Below are positions 37,626 to 51,280 of a DNA stretch of 64,000 nucleotides, in pieces. Source of the DNA: Vicugna vicugna (lineage: Eukaryota). The position numbers and the translations under genes are program-made. The notes beneath the pieces are model-generated. The model had not been told where the DNA came from, did no database searches, and saw only the letters and a program-made list of their open reading frames with translations. Positions within the stretch are counted from its first letter, which is position 1; every line of letters starts with the position of its first letter. Where the stretch lies: contig MU061579.1 of assembly GCA_013265495.1 (NCBI GenBank), forward strand, positions 3,345,319-3,409,318, given 5' to 3'.

Positions 37626-39689
37626 GACTTCTACTAGATTCTTAACTTTATGAAGGCAAGGATTCTGCCTGTCTGGTCCTTCTTTATCCTTGATGTCTAT
37701 GATTTCATAGTCATTCATGTTACTGATGGTACAAATAATAGAAATAAAGGGTTAACACTTCAGAAAAATCATACGGATTGAGTATTATAAAACTTTCTAA
37801 AGTTGGTGCTGCTCAGAAATTGAATGTTCACTGAAATTTTGATTTTTTAAAATTATATTAGAATTTAATTGAAATTGAGTACCTGTACAGTGATAGAAAA
37901 TTATAAAAATAATTATTCCTTAAAGTGAGAATTATACAGTCATCTCTGCTAGAAGCAAAATTTTTAAAGGTCAAACATCTAAAAGCTTAGAAGTGGAAGT
38001 GAGAGTGTGAATTGTGCTTCAATGCTCTTTTCTTTATATTTGGAAAACAGCTTCATTCACACCTTTCCAGTTTTTCAACTCTTTTGACAAAGCCTTCAGA
38101 GGAACTACTGCTGATGACAACCATAACAGCCTAAGAGGAGAAAGTTTATAAACAAAAATGATAACACACTTTTTCCAAATAATAAGAATATGGTGAAATT
38201 AAACCAGATTCAAAAGAGAAAATGCACAAGTAAATACATTATGTAATAATGAATTATTTTAATAGTGATCTTACAGTTTTTCAGATAGTTCAGTATATGA
38301 AACATCACAGCAAATAAACAAAAGCAGACAACAAACAAAAAACTAGGGGGCAGAGAAGGGAAGTATATAATCCAAAAAGAGCACATGTTCACAGAACACA
38401 CGTATCTCTTCAAGTAATAGAAAAATAGTGAATATATGATTCAGACCCTACCAGTGAAGTCATAATGGGACCTTAATCGTAAATCCTTGTCTTTCGATCA
38501 AGCAGGTCATTGGGGGCTGCATAGGTTAAGAATGGCTGTGCCGGTCTTTCCTTTTTCCCTCTGGGATGGGTCATATATTCCATTGCTTCCCCTACACAGC
38601 TGCCTGATCCAAGGACTGATTCTGGTGACAGCCCCTGCCCTGACATACTTCTCAACATCACATATATTGATGACTGTAATCGCTCTTCCATTCCTCTGCA
38701 ACTGTCACCATGTTAAAGTGTGGAGAAGTTGGCTCACTTTTGCTGGGTATTTGTAGAAATATGAAACATAGATGACCTTGCAAAGTGTTTTATTGTTTCT
38801 AAAGATGCATGCATTACAATGTATGCATATTTTAAGGAGTGATAATAGCACATTCTGATTTTAGGGTGAGCTGTAGGATGTGAGTACTGAGTAATGTACT
38901 GAGATTAGGCTCCAAAGCTCACCTTACCTTTCCTCCAGTGATTGGTAATTGCTTCCTCATTTCCCCCTCCTATGGGACCAGGAGCAACCTGAGTGTTAAA
39001 GCAAAAAGACAAACTGAGTTGCATATACCCTGTGAAACTCAAAATGATTACTCACTTCTGGCTTCCTAAGTCTTCTCACTTCGTTATTTACGTCAGCATC
39101 TCCCTGGAACCAAGATACCTGGAATCTCAATCAGGGCATTTCCCTGCTTAATACAGGGAATCACTCAGTAGTCTGATCTCCACACCTCCAATAAGTTTTC
39201 TTAAATTCTTATGCTCATAATCCCAGATATGCTTTGTCTCCCAGCTCAGTTACAAGAGGATTTCAAACTGAGAGGAGGTCTGAGTAATGCCACATTCAGT
39301 CATCTATTTTACAATTCCAAGTACTTGGAACTAGAGTGTGATAGTAACATTTATTCCAATAAATCACCCTGCATTTATTAGCATCATGCAAGACATCAAT
39401 AAAGATCATTCAAAATCATCCACATTTACAACTTACGGGATAAAGCCCGTACCAGTGGGTCTTTCTGTGCTCTGGGTGGTCATATTGCTGGTGAAAACTA
39501 AAAGATCTGTTACAAGCTCATCCTCATGACCTCTAGGGAGCCTAACTAACACCTTGACTGGTGTTAGAAAGGAATGAAGCAGGGAGGGATAAAGACTAAT
39601 TAAGTATTGGCTAGGTGAAAAAAAATCATTGTTGCAAAGTAGATTTTTTAAAACAATGTTATGTGTTGGGAATAGTATTTTATAAATGG

Positions 39690-39905
39690 TGGTATAATCA
39701 TTTATTGAGAGCTCACAATATAAATTATATTAGTCCTTGCATTCATCATCTTATTTAACTCCCACCACAATTCTCTGATCTAGAAACTATCATTCTTCCT
39801 GTTTTAGTGATGAGGATATTGAGACTTAGAAAGCTTTAATAACTTGTAAGTGCTGAAAAGAGCTTAAGCCAAGAGCTGACATCAGAGACTGAATACTTAA
39901 ATAGA
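39690..39905 (-). mobile_element. MIR
   Basis: catttattgagagctcac...atcttatttaactcccaccacaa...gttttagtgatgaggatattgagacttagaaagctttaataacttg. Confidence 0.75.
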
Positions 39906-42599
39906 GCTACACACTGTATTGTATTTAAATGTACTGTGGAACTAAGTTTAAATAATATTTTGAACAAGTGAGAAGAAAACCAGATATTCCTATTGCTCCA
40001 TCTTCCTGAAAGTGGAATTCTAGCTCATACTCTTCATGTAGTGCAACATTTTTCTGCTTGCAAGACTTCAAAAAATACTGGTTTTTAGAGGGATTTATTT
40101 AAAAAGCTGGAAAAAAAAAAAAAACCAAAACATGAGCCAAAATAGAAGTCTACACTTCTGAATATGTACTTAGCATACTAGCAGAGTGTATCCTGTTGAA
40201 AATGCAAGGAAGTTAAACAACCAATTTTTAAGGCAAGCACAGAAAGAGAAGTTGTAAGTTTTAAGTATTATAAATACATTCTAGCTTAATTTAGAAATCC
40301 TAGTATCAAATTTTTATTAGTACTGTCAAGAATCAAAATCCTAGCATTTTCTCTAGACTTCAGCATTACTGAATTTTTTTTCTCAGTGATACACGTTGTC
40401 TGATTGTTCATACAGAAGGCGATGATATTCTAGTCACTGGCTGGTAGCACTGATATGTCACTTTCTTTTTACTTATCAGTACATTCTATCTTTATACCCC
40501 GAAGAGGTATATATTTTAAAAGAATCTGAATTTATGACAAACTTTTAACAAACTCTCAATAGTAAGGAATATCATTGTAAGTCATCCCAATTATCCACCT
40601 AGGTGATGATTCAGTATATTTTTCTGTCGGTGCCAGATACTGTATGTGGGACTCAAAAAGGGATATTTTTCTAAGCTGCAGATTTCTCACCTGGAAAATG
40701 CTGATTACAGTCTCACAATATAATAGACTTATAGCTTTTATATTTTTATGTATGAAAATTAATTTAATTGGCACAAGCAATGAAGTTAGAGAAACGTGGG
40801 GGTCACGGGAAGCACCTTATTTATCATGACCATTATTAGAAATTAAGTGTACATATATAAATTTAACACGAGTCTAATGTTTTGCCATATTTTCTCAGTC
40901 ACCTTTACCATTTTCATGTTTGACATATTCAAATGTGCTTTTTCCACTAATAGCCAGTTACTATGTCTTTTTGTCAGAAGGATGCCCTCATGAATTATTT
41001 ACAATATTGAGATGATAAGAGAGATCCTTGAAGACGCTAAAAAATTGTCTTAACCACTTAGGGTTCTTAGACATCAATAAGAGGAACAGCTCTGGCAAAT
41101 TAATCTGGGAGATGTTCACAGAATTCACAAATCAGCCGGGTATCATAGACTCAAATGATAAACTGAAGGACTAAGTTTGGAAAATGGGTAAGAACTATGA
41201 GGGAAAAAAAATCGTATCCTTAAGCAGAAGAAATTGCTAGGTCCTCTCAACGGAGTCCTAGGCTTTGCCTGGCAGAGTCTTTGGTTTTTATCTGATTCTA
41301 CACACGTTACATTGTTTATTGGGTCACCAGTGACAAAATTATTTACAACCCTGTAGGGGAAGATGTTAAAATGTAGTAAATTGATAGTAATGCAGATGAT
41401 TCCTGTTAATAATAATAGAAAATATAATTTCTGTAATCCAAAATTTCATGTGAACTAGTTTAACGTCAAACTCGTTCTCTTATTCACTTACTTTTGAATA
41501 AAAATCCCTGGCTTGTGAGTATTTTATATTTGTGTGGTGATTATGTATTTAACTTTTGGAGAACAAAATATATTTTAGCATAACCAAAGAGAGAGGTTGT
41601 AACCATCACCAAGTTCATTCACAGGAACTAGCTTTGATAACACGCTGCTGCTAATACTGTGGAGGGGGGAATGGTAGGAAAAAATGTAGAATATTAGCCT
41701 TGTATTTGATATATCTCCACTTTTTGCACTAAAACAAACATTAACTTGGACTGGAATTGGCATACATGGAGGAAAGTAAAACAGTACCTACATGTTAAAA
41801 TAAGCTGATCTTCGAGGTGTTTTTGATTCATTATAGCTTAATTTTTCAATTGCCTTAGAGCAACATGAGTAGAACACGAAGTTCTGGGTTTGAAAAAAAA
41901 AAAAAAAAAGGATGAGGGGAGAATCATTAGGATTTACGACTTCTACCAGAGAGGATCACTGGCTTTGATTGTTAGCATATGGAAATCTGCCAACAAAAAT
42001 AAGATGGAATTCTACTAATTTTTGTAGAAATCAAAACCCCCCTCCAACATAATTAAACACTAACACCCAGTAAGTAAAGTCTTAAAGCAATCCAGTGCCC
42101 CCAAGCCTCTCCCTATAGTAATGTGTCTGTGAAAATAGGGTCACCTCAAGGAAAGGCATCGTCTCTAAAATATATTTCAGCTCTAGGATTCAAGTATAAG
42201 AGAAAGAGAATCTCTCAGCTGTCAGAACTTGGGCTGCCGTATTTTCTAGTTAGTGAGCAAAGAGTTCAGTATAATTTGAAAATTACCATCAACTAGCAAT
42301 TGATGAGAATTTCTAATGTTTCCCTTTCTGAATAAATATTGTAATATTTTTCCTGTGTTTCTTCCACAATCATACTTGGTGTATTCATGCCAGGTAAATT
42401 ATCATCTATTTTATTAGTCACAGGATCACAAGGAAGTGCATTTTGTTCATATGGAGGGAATGAAAATTCATGCTAATTTTAGCTTGGTAGGATAATTTGA
42501 AATGGCATCATGTATGTTCTGAATATGTTCTTTTGTTGGGAAGAAGGGAGTGTAGAGATGTTGGCTGTCCAAAGAGAGACCGGCAGATGTTGACAGTGG

Positions 42600-42990
42600 C
42601 CAAGCCAATATCCATCACCCTTTTTCCTTAATATCAGAACCCACTGCAGATTGACAATAGGCAAGCTTAAAAAAACACCAAGATTTTTCCTTCCTCCTTT
42701 CTGGTTAGATTATAGCCATATGATATAGTATTAATCAATAAAAAATATAATGCTCCAATCTCTCTCTCTTTTTGCCAGAAATGAGGGCTTAATATTTGAA
42801 ACTCAGGCTGCCATTTTTTGCAACTGTGACTAAAAAGCCATGAAAATCTCCAACATTAGATTTGACTTCTTTAAGCCTGTGAACCAACATGAGAAATTGT
42901 TCCCTCCAGTCTTGTAAAATGAGAAAATATGGTTACCACGGTGGTCAGTCTATGTTACATGCTGCAAAAAGTAAATCCTAACTAAAACAC
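42600..42990 (+). mobile_element. Ancient MaLR (MLT1-like) LTR fragment
   Basis: gctgccattttttgcaactgtga...ctccagtcttgtaaaatgagaaaat...ctatgttacatgctgcaaaaagtaaatcctaactaaaaca resembles an MLT1 3' end. Confidence 0.55.
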
Positions 42991-43934
42991 CTGCTCTCGA
43001 TTGTGATTGAGCCCTGAGTCCTGAGATTTTCAGGCTTTCAGCTTCAAACAATACACCTTTGGTCCCCTGAAGGACAAGAGGAAGGATACTCTACCCCCTG
43101 CATAAGTTAAGGAAGAGAAATCTGTGCATTTAACTTGCACCACATGAAATTTATCAGGTAATCTCCTGACTCCCTCCACCCCAGATTACCCGATGAACTG
43201 TCCCCTCTCCTCTGTTCCAAGCTTCTGGCTTTTGTGGGATTCTGTATCATATTATGATTTGTCTTATGTTTACCTCCTTCTTAATAGCTAAAGTTCTGTT
43301 CTTCCTCTGTCTAAAAATTCAATAATCACTGCATAGTTCGATTCCCATTTTCCTAAAGTGTGTTGATTCCTCTTACCCATTATTGTTTTCTCTCTCATGC
43401 TCTGTGTCCTTGTGAATTCATATTTTGTTTTTCCCCCATCCTGCACTGAGATTATGTTATCAGATCTAATAGTTACAAAGAAAAAGTTAAAATTCCTGCA
43501 CAATCATCAGTGATTATTTAGCAAATCTTCAGAAACATTTAACAAATCCCCTAATGCATCCTGAGTTCTGCTTTGGTTCCTGTATCAACTTGAGTTCTAC
43601 TTCTTTCACTTTGTTAAGTGACCAAATAATTTTCTTTAGCTCCAAAAGGCTAGTAAAGAATCCTCACAGTTTGACATTTTTCTAAAATTTAAATACTAAT
43701 TCAATTGATGCATAGTTTGCATATTTGCTATAAAATATTTGAATAAAATGTGTTTCATTGTTATATTTATAGATTTATGACTAAAGCTGCATTTCTTGAA
43801 ATCTTCAAAAATTTAAAATATAGTGATTCACTTCAAATGATTTCACCATAAATACTTCTGATGTCAAATGCAAACCATGGATTCAGTTTGAATTTGAACT
43901 GAATTTTAATTTGGTTTGAATTTGTGAATTTAGT

Positions 43935-44365
43935 TACAGTGGTGGACAGTGTTGTGGACTGAACATCCTTTGTCTTTCATCTTAGAATCCCTTGGGCTTT
44001 GCCCACATGGATTTGCTCTGGCTGAACCTAAGCATTGTACAAAATTGCAGAGGAGTTACTATCCTCCAAACATAGCACTCAGTGAAGGGGATATACGAGC
44101 CACTGGTAAATGTGCCAGCTTCCAGATCTTCCTTGGGACAAGTCTGAGAGGTTCCCAGGAGATTCCAGTGGAAACAAGCCTTCATTGTCCACAGCAATTC
44201 CATCAACCGTGTACCTTAACGATGAATGTGCCGCTTTGCCTCACTCTCCCCACTCTCTCACTCGGAATGTTCTCTGCCTTGGATAGTTGTCTAAATAATT
44301 ATCTCTACCCAAATCCCTGTCCTAGGCTTTGTTATCAGGGGAAACTGAACCAAAAAAGAGATCAA
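43935..44365 (+). mobile_element. Ancient ERVL LTR (LTR16-like)
   Basis: 3' end ctaaataattatctctacccaaatccctgtcctaggctttgttatcaggggaaactgaacc; internal cttccttgggacaagtctgagaggttccc; accounts for the 139-aa chance ORF. Confidence 0.6.
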
Positions 44366-46105
44366 TAACCTTATGTCAAGGTCTGAAGCTGCTCATAGGA
44401 CCATTTCTGCCCAGATTCTCACAAAGGGACCCTTTAATTATCAGAAGGCTATGAGTAAGCTCCAAATGGGAGGAGCAAAAGAAAAAAGAAAAAAAATTAT
44501 ATTTGATTTTTACCCAGAGTTAATAACATTTATTAATTATTAAAAATGTTAAGTTCATTAAAGCATGAATCTGTGTGAGGCAATGTAACAATAGAAGAAA
44601 TGCTCAGCCAGGTACCTAGGCGCATTATAGTTCATTGTTTAATCCAAAATTTTCCATGTATATGAACCTAAACCATAGGATTGTAGAGTTTGGACAGACT
44701 AACAGAAAATAATGGACCAAAATTCATGTGTTTATATTTCTAGTTGTGTTCTGAAAATCAAAATGCAATTGCTGGTTTGATATGGTAAAAATAATAATGC
44801 TTGTGGACCCAAAGAGTATAATAAATTTCAAATTGTACTGGAGAGCATTCAGGAAACATATAATTAATTGATTCTCAAATCCTCAAAGAACTATGATCAG
44901 GTGGTGGCATGTACTGAATCAACAGCACCATAATACAGCATTTTATGTATATGGCTAATGACTATTTCCATGAGTGTTTGCTAGCTAGTCAGCCAGTACA
45001 GAGAGATGTTAGGTAGAGAAATTACTCACAGTCGTGTTTAGTAAAATGAGAAAGAATTATCAAATGACACTAATAATAATGATCCTAGAGCAGGCTAAAT
45101 AATTCAATGATGATTACAAGTATTAATCTACCTTTCTTCTCTGATTAGGAATCTTCTTTTATCATGATGGGGGTAGCAGATTGTCTGCAATGGATTGTGA
45201 AAACCCAGCAGTGACTTTGGCAGTGAAGTTCTCCCATCAATTTTGATGGATTAAAATAATGATAGTTGGTCTTGAGCAAATATGTTAATTTCTCTTTTCT
45301 GCGGTGTCATTAAAGGAAAAAAGATGCGATAGTAAATGTGTGCTGTTATTTTGCAGAGGAGAAACAGTCATACTGTCAACAGGAGGCAGTTAACAACGTA
45401 AGTGTAGTTAACTACCTTCAGCTACTAGCATTGGAAGTAAAATCCCAATATTTCACATAACCTTGCTTTTTTGATGGAAAAGAAACAAGATATCACTTAC
45501 ATTTGAGGGTCCTGTTATTATGTAGCTATTTTGAACATGTCTATTGTAATATATTTCCTTTTTTTAGATTGCATAACACTTCACTCAGATCAATTTGGAT
45601 TACATATTTTTGTCTGGGTTTATAATTTAAAATGGTTGAAAGAGGAAAAATATTTTGTATTACAATTAATACAGTGATCAAAATACTCACCTTAATATTG
45701 ACTCCTAATGTACAGAAATAAATTTTACAATGTAGTTATCATTCAGTATAAATTCAGTTGGCCATTCTTTAAAAATTATCATTGCATCTCTATAGGGCGA
45801 AATGTGAGTTTGACAATCTCGTCCAGTTCATTATATCAGACCACCTGTGTAGTTGTGCCAGATACTGTTTCATCTTCTTTCTTAGTTTATCTCAGTCACT
45901 TTCTTGCCAGGATATATTTACCTTGTCCTAGGCTCAAATAAAGATCAAGATTGTTTTCTACTTTGTGAAAATAAATAGAACTGGGTTAAATTAATCAGCT
46001 AATCAACATAAGTAAAGTCATTAAGTAGTTAATGAATTATTAATTAAAAAACAAAACAAATAAACAAGCACTACCACTATCAAGCTAAAAATGTGTTACT
46101 TAGGA

Positions 46106-46431
46106 CACTGGTCTTCAGACAGCTAGGCATAGCACTGAGGGCTACACTAAAATTTTCTAAATTTAAAAGTGTGCTAATAGTCTTAAAGAAATCACAGCAT
46201 ACATAGTCTACATCCATATGTACTATGTGCTAACCCTCCTTTTCTACTTCCTCTTTTGTAGAAGGATTTCTCCTGCTTTATAAATCAAGGGCATTCTCAC
46301 CTAACATCAATCTGATTATGGGATGTTACTCCATGTATAAAAACTTCCAGGGAATCAAACAAAAGTGCAAAGGGAATACTGCTTTTCAAAGAGGACTCTT
46401 TTATCGTTAAACAAGGCTCAGTGGACCACTG
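46106..46431. mobile_element. Possible ancient hAT-Charlie-type MITE
   Basis: Near-inverted ends cactggtc...gaccactg resembling CAGTGGT TIRs, ~325 bp apart; no TSD seen. Confidence 0.35.
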
Positions 46432-48524
46432 TGGGACTTCTCTATATGTGCATGGCATTAAAGTGAGGTATTTTGCCTTGTTGATACATTGTTAAATTTG
46501 ACTTTGTACAGAAAATGGGCAATGGGAGATTTTAAATTACCCATTTAATTAATATTTTCAAGTAATATATAACCCTTATGAGAGAATGTTGTGAGAATAA
46601 AGAAAGCACTAATTTAAAAAAAATCAAGAGCTATTTTTCCACAAATATAAACATAAATTAGCTAATCTCTTCTCAGTTATAACTGTTAAAACAGAAAATA
46701 CCTTCAAACAGCAAAAGAAATTCAAGTTAATTCAAGTTAGTGGCACTGACCCAATTAAATGTAACTGAATGTTTTCAAAACTATCATATTTTTTGGTGTT
46801 ATATAGGGTATGATTCAAGGCTAAAGACTTTATACACTTTCTTTTATATGTAGTATATTCATTATTTACAAAAGTATTTCCAAACTTTTTGCACAAATCA
46901 TGAAATGTTTATTCTAACTACAATTTATTTTCATAATATTTTGTTTCTAAATGTTTAATATATTTTAACTTCTAATAACAAAACTATAAAATCAAATACT
47001 ACTTGATAAAGCTACTCATTTTAAATAATATAGACCTTCACTTCCACTAACTACCCAGAAAGAATTTTATCATGATCTCTAATGACATTAATAGTTATAA
47101 GTAAGTATTTACATGTGATCTTTAAATATTATTAAAGCACAACACCAGATTTCAACACACTCATGCCTATTGAAATAATAACATGTCTTGTATCCCAATT
47201 CTTATTTCATAAATATCTTACAATTTCAGCTACTATAAATTTGTTGAAAATTTAGTATTAAGAAACAGCATTTATTCATGTTACTAAAACTTATGACTGT
47301 GTTAGAACCATGTTTATCATGATTTAAATGCTATTAGTAATACAGCTTATAAAACATAATCTGGAATGTATTTTTCATTATATTTCTAATATTTTATGCC
47401 ATGTATATAAATAGCTTCATCTACTTCACAAATGAAGTAACTTTTTGTTTGACAGAAAGTAAATCTGATTTTCCAACTGGTATAAGATTAATCATGTTTT
47501 GTTAAGGTGGTAATATGATAGGCATATTTACTCCATAAAGAGGAAGAGATAAAAATATACATATGAAATTTTGACAAAAATTTGTAAAATCCAAGGAATA
47601 TAAAATATTTGGTCTAAAAATATAGTCTTGACACAGATGTATTGAAATTAACTTTTAAAAAGCACATCCACAACTTTTTATGATCAAATTGGGCAAATAT
47701 GTTCCCATGGACTGAAACAAAAATTACAGGCATAATTATTACTCTTGCTAGGAAATTTATGCTTTAAAATTAACTAAGTTCATAATTCTACTGAGCAGAT
47801 GCTAATCCTTTTGTCGATAAATTGATTTTTAATTATCTATATTTAGTAAAGAAGGAAAAACTAATAGAGATTTCAGTTTTCATGTCATTTTTAATATATT
47901 ACTATTTTTATCTGAATTATAACTTGGGAGGAGTTTAAAGAATCCAGCAAAATTTTTTTTCCAACAAGCCCAACCTCCTTATTAAAATGAAATTCAGTAG
48001 TAGAATTGATTACAAATCCCCATCTCATTTTAACAAAATAGAAATAAACTGTGGACTTGAAAAAATTGCCTCACTAATCTCATTAAAAGATTATTCCAAT
48101 AAATTGTACTTATTGCCTAATTATTATCAGTAGTATACTTTGTGTTCATTATATGGTTTATAATATCAATAATTTAATATAAATGATTTTTGTTTTTACT
48201 ATTTATAGCTTTATTTCACTTATTTCTAATGATAAGATTGTTGAAAATATCAACATACATGCCTATTTTCATTGTAAAACTGTAACTCATTAATAAAAGT
48301 CTTCTTACACTGAAATATATTAAACTAGACAAAAATTCCATGGCATATGTAAAAAGGAAATATATGCCAAAAAAGATAAGGAATTATACAAAACTGCGTA
48401 CTGTTAAAGAAGAGTGTTTGCATATATTTTAAGTGGATAATGTTGTATGTCAAATCACTGTAGTAAAAGAATGGTTTAATTGTTTTGTTTTTAAGTGTCA
48501 ATACTGACAACACTCTGAAAACTA

Positions 48525-48750
48525 TGTCCTTTGAAACAAATATTGACATTCTGTCCTATGCCAGGCACTGGACTGTGAGAAAGTCATAGCAACATTCAAG
48601 AACAAAAGCCTACTTGAAAGATTACAATATGCTCTTGTAGGAGATAGGGTAAACATTCATAAGACTATGGATTAAATATAATAATAGAGTTATATAAAGG
48701 CACTATCGCAGAAGGGAAGAAGGGAGGAATTACACTGCCATCAATGGTTA
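48525..48750 (-). mobile_element. L2 3' fragment
   Basis: aacaaatattgacattctgtcctatgccaggcactggact...cctacttgaaagattacaat. Confidence 0.5.
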
Positions 48751-49199
48751 GTGCAATATCATTGCTCTAGTGAATTTTTTATTTAATTACGGTCATATAT
48801 GGTATTTCATTTGTACAGTATGTCATGTAATGATTAATATAATGAGGTAGTACTGAACAACTTTACATGATATTTGCTAACTTGGTAATATATGTGTATC
48901 TTGGATTCTGATAACACTTTTAAACATTATTCTAAGCATGCATACATTTACTTAATGAACTGATATTTACCTAAAGAATATGATACATGAATTATATAAC
49001 GTTAATAACTGAAATACATAACATTTGTAGGAAAATTATTATGTTCGATATATTTATATCACTTCTTGTAGGCTATTCCCCAATGGTATGAAATTCTGTA
49101 TCACTTTTTTCAAAGGAATCTCCTGACTCTGTACGCTGTCTTTTCCCCTTCTCAGGGGCTGCAAAGTGTCAACTTGGTGGTGAGACAGTTTTAATCATG

Positions 49200-49395
49200 T
49201 AAATGACAAACATACCCTAGAGGTTAACAGGGCACATTAGATATAATCTGGGTGCAAGATTATTTTATATAGTAGAACCACTTACTTGTCCTGGAATTCT
49301 GAGTTCTTTCTACACTACAACGAAGAAATAAATTTCTATATCGTTTGAGCCACTGCATTTTCATTTTCTTCTTTACAATAACATAACCTGTGACA
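49200..49395 (+). mobile_element. MLT1-like LTR 3' fragment
   Basis: gaagaaataaatttctatatcgtttgagccactgcatttt...tttacaataacataacct. Confidence 0.55.
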
Positions 49396-50499
49396 GATTT
49401 CTTTCAGTTTATTGATATAAGGAGACAAGCAAGTCTGTTGTCGGTTGAAAGATCAGGAGAATACTTTAATTTGGAATAAACGGAGAAAGTTCAGATTACT
49501 CAATGTGGAGAATACAATAAGATGACCCCTTGCATGCTGCATTGCAAAATTCAGCTTTGTCCCTCAAAATAATCACATATTGCTTCTGTTTTTGAAAGTT
49601 TATTTTTGAGACAGTGTACAAAAGGAAGATGGCATGTTTATAAACTTTTTAGGAATAAAGTTACAGAGGCATTTCTCTAAGAGATACGACTTTTGTCATC
49701 ACTCTTTTACTGAGAATTTCTACATCATCAAAGCCCCATCATTCTGGTGATCTATGATACTAATAAAGCATCATGATGACCATGATGATGTATATGTGAG
49801 TCATAATATATCACCACAATGGTATTTCTGAAATGATTTATCAGGATAGTACATCACTATGGTGATGTTGCTTGGATGTTGAACTACCAGCAAGAAGACA
49901 TCCCTCAGACGTAAAATCCTTATTTTAATAATAAGTGTTTTATTTTTCATGAATTTATTTTTATGAGAAATGAACTGTTATGTCAGGTTGGTGAAAAAAA
50001 CAATACATTCAAAATATTAACTCTGTGGTTTTTACTACCATGGAAAAGGTACTGTTATATAAAGAAAGGTTTGAGGACAGAAATCATATGAACTGTTCAA
50101 TTATTTCTGGAAATATTTTACTCCCATAAACCAAAAAACTACAGTTAGAATTTTGCCCTGGACTTTCAATTTTCTTTTTCCTTTGTATACACGTAGTAAA
50201 TTAAACTTATATTAGTTTACAGTGATAATGTAAAAGGAGGTTTTATGTTCAAATTCCTTCTTGATAACCAATGAAAAAGTTACATCTGAACATCAAAACA
50301 CAGATGTCCAAATGAAATCACCAGCCCCAAGTAACAGGTGAATGTATGTGTTCTCCCAGTTCTCTGAGAGCTTAAAAACAAACACAAAGCAGAAATTCAT
50401 GTTATTACTTAATCAAAAGCAGAGTCTGTACCTTACTTAGCAAGATTTAAATTTGCCAAATTGTTGAAGTCAATGCTGTTCCTATGGTCTGTTTTCATG

Positions 50500-51280
50500 C
50501 AGACTAGTGGTAAGCGAAATTTTGCGATTTCCTGGAATGCTTTATCACCATGACTGCCAAAACTTTCATCTGTGGTGGCCTGGGATGGAGATGTAATAGC
50601 TGGTACAATGTTTCTGGCTTTTGAGTAATATGGAGAACATAGTAACTATAAGGATTATGGAAATCAAGTGGTTGTTGCTAAACATCATTAATAAACAAAT
50701 TTGAGGGAAATGGTAGGCTCAGATTGATCAATCAGAAATGTAAAGGAAAGTGTGGGAGAGTCTCCTTGGCAGTATTTGTTTCCTGGACCTGGAGAACAGA
50801 CAGAACCAATGAGCAGGCAAAGGACTTAGATCTCATACAGCTAAAACTGCCAATCTTGAGTCTGAGAATGTAAGATTTATTAAGTCACACATTTAGTGAC
50901 ATTAGCAGCAATCCATTGTAATATGGACATGGTACATATACGACTGGCTTGAGCAGATTCAGAGGGTGCAAGTAGGCTGCGGGAACAGTATGTTCAGACT
51001 GTCTTGACTTCTTTTCAGCTCACTTACGGCTTTATAAAGCACTCCCTGTAACCAGCTGACAGAGATAGACAAATGCCAAGTTTGTTTCATGAATGGGTGA
51101 GAGAAGTATGCAGGTACAGGCTGAAAATGTATCTCCCATACTACAGTCCCATTTAACAGTAAGCCTGAAAGACCGGGCAAACTTGGGTATAGGTCTTGAT
51201 CACCTACTGGGCCCTGTGGGCAGAGGGAAAATGCCTGACTTATTATTCAGGAGCCTGGAAAGAGCAAAACTGAGGTGACA
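50500..51280 (+). mobile_element. Ancient ERVL/MaLR internal (gag-like) fragment with adjoining LTR-like sequence
   Basis: gtggttgttgctaaacatc...gggaaatggtaggctcagattgatcaatcag...gagagtctccttggcagtattt...gaaccaatgagcaggcaaaggactt resembles ERVL-int 5' regions; GC-richer than flanks. Confidence 0.5.

Noticed and set aside
39546..39567. 8-bp hairpin ctaacacc/ggtgttag
   Set aside because: Several such stems are expected by chance in 64 kb.
43949..44368. 139-aa ORF
   Set aside because: GTG start, lies within an LTR16-like relic, no recognisable domain.
45357..45397. Possible 41-nt plus-strand exon (ttttgcag…aac|gtaagt)
   Set aside because: Overlaps MIR-like sequence, not a multiple of three, no recognisable peptide; such site pairs are frequent by chance.
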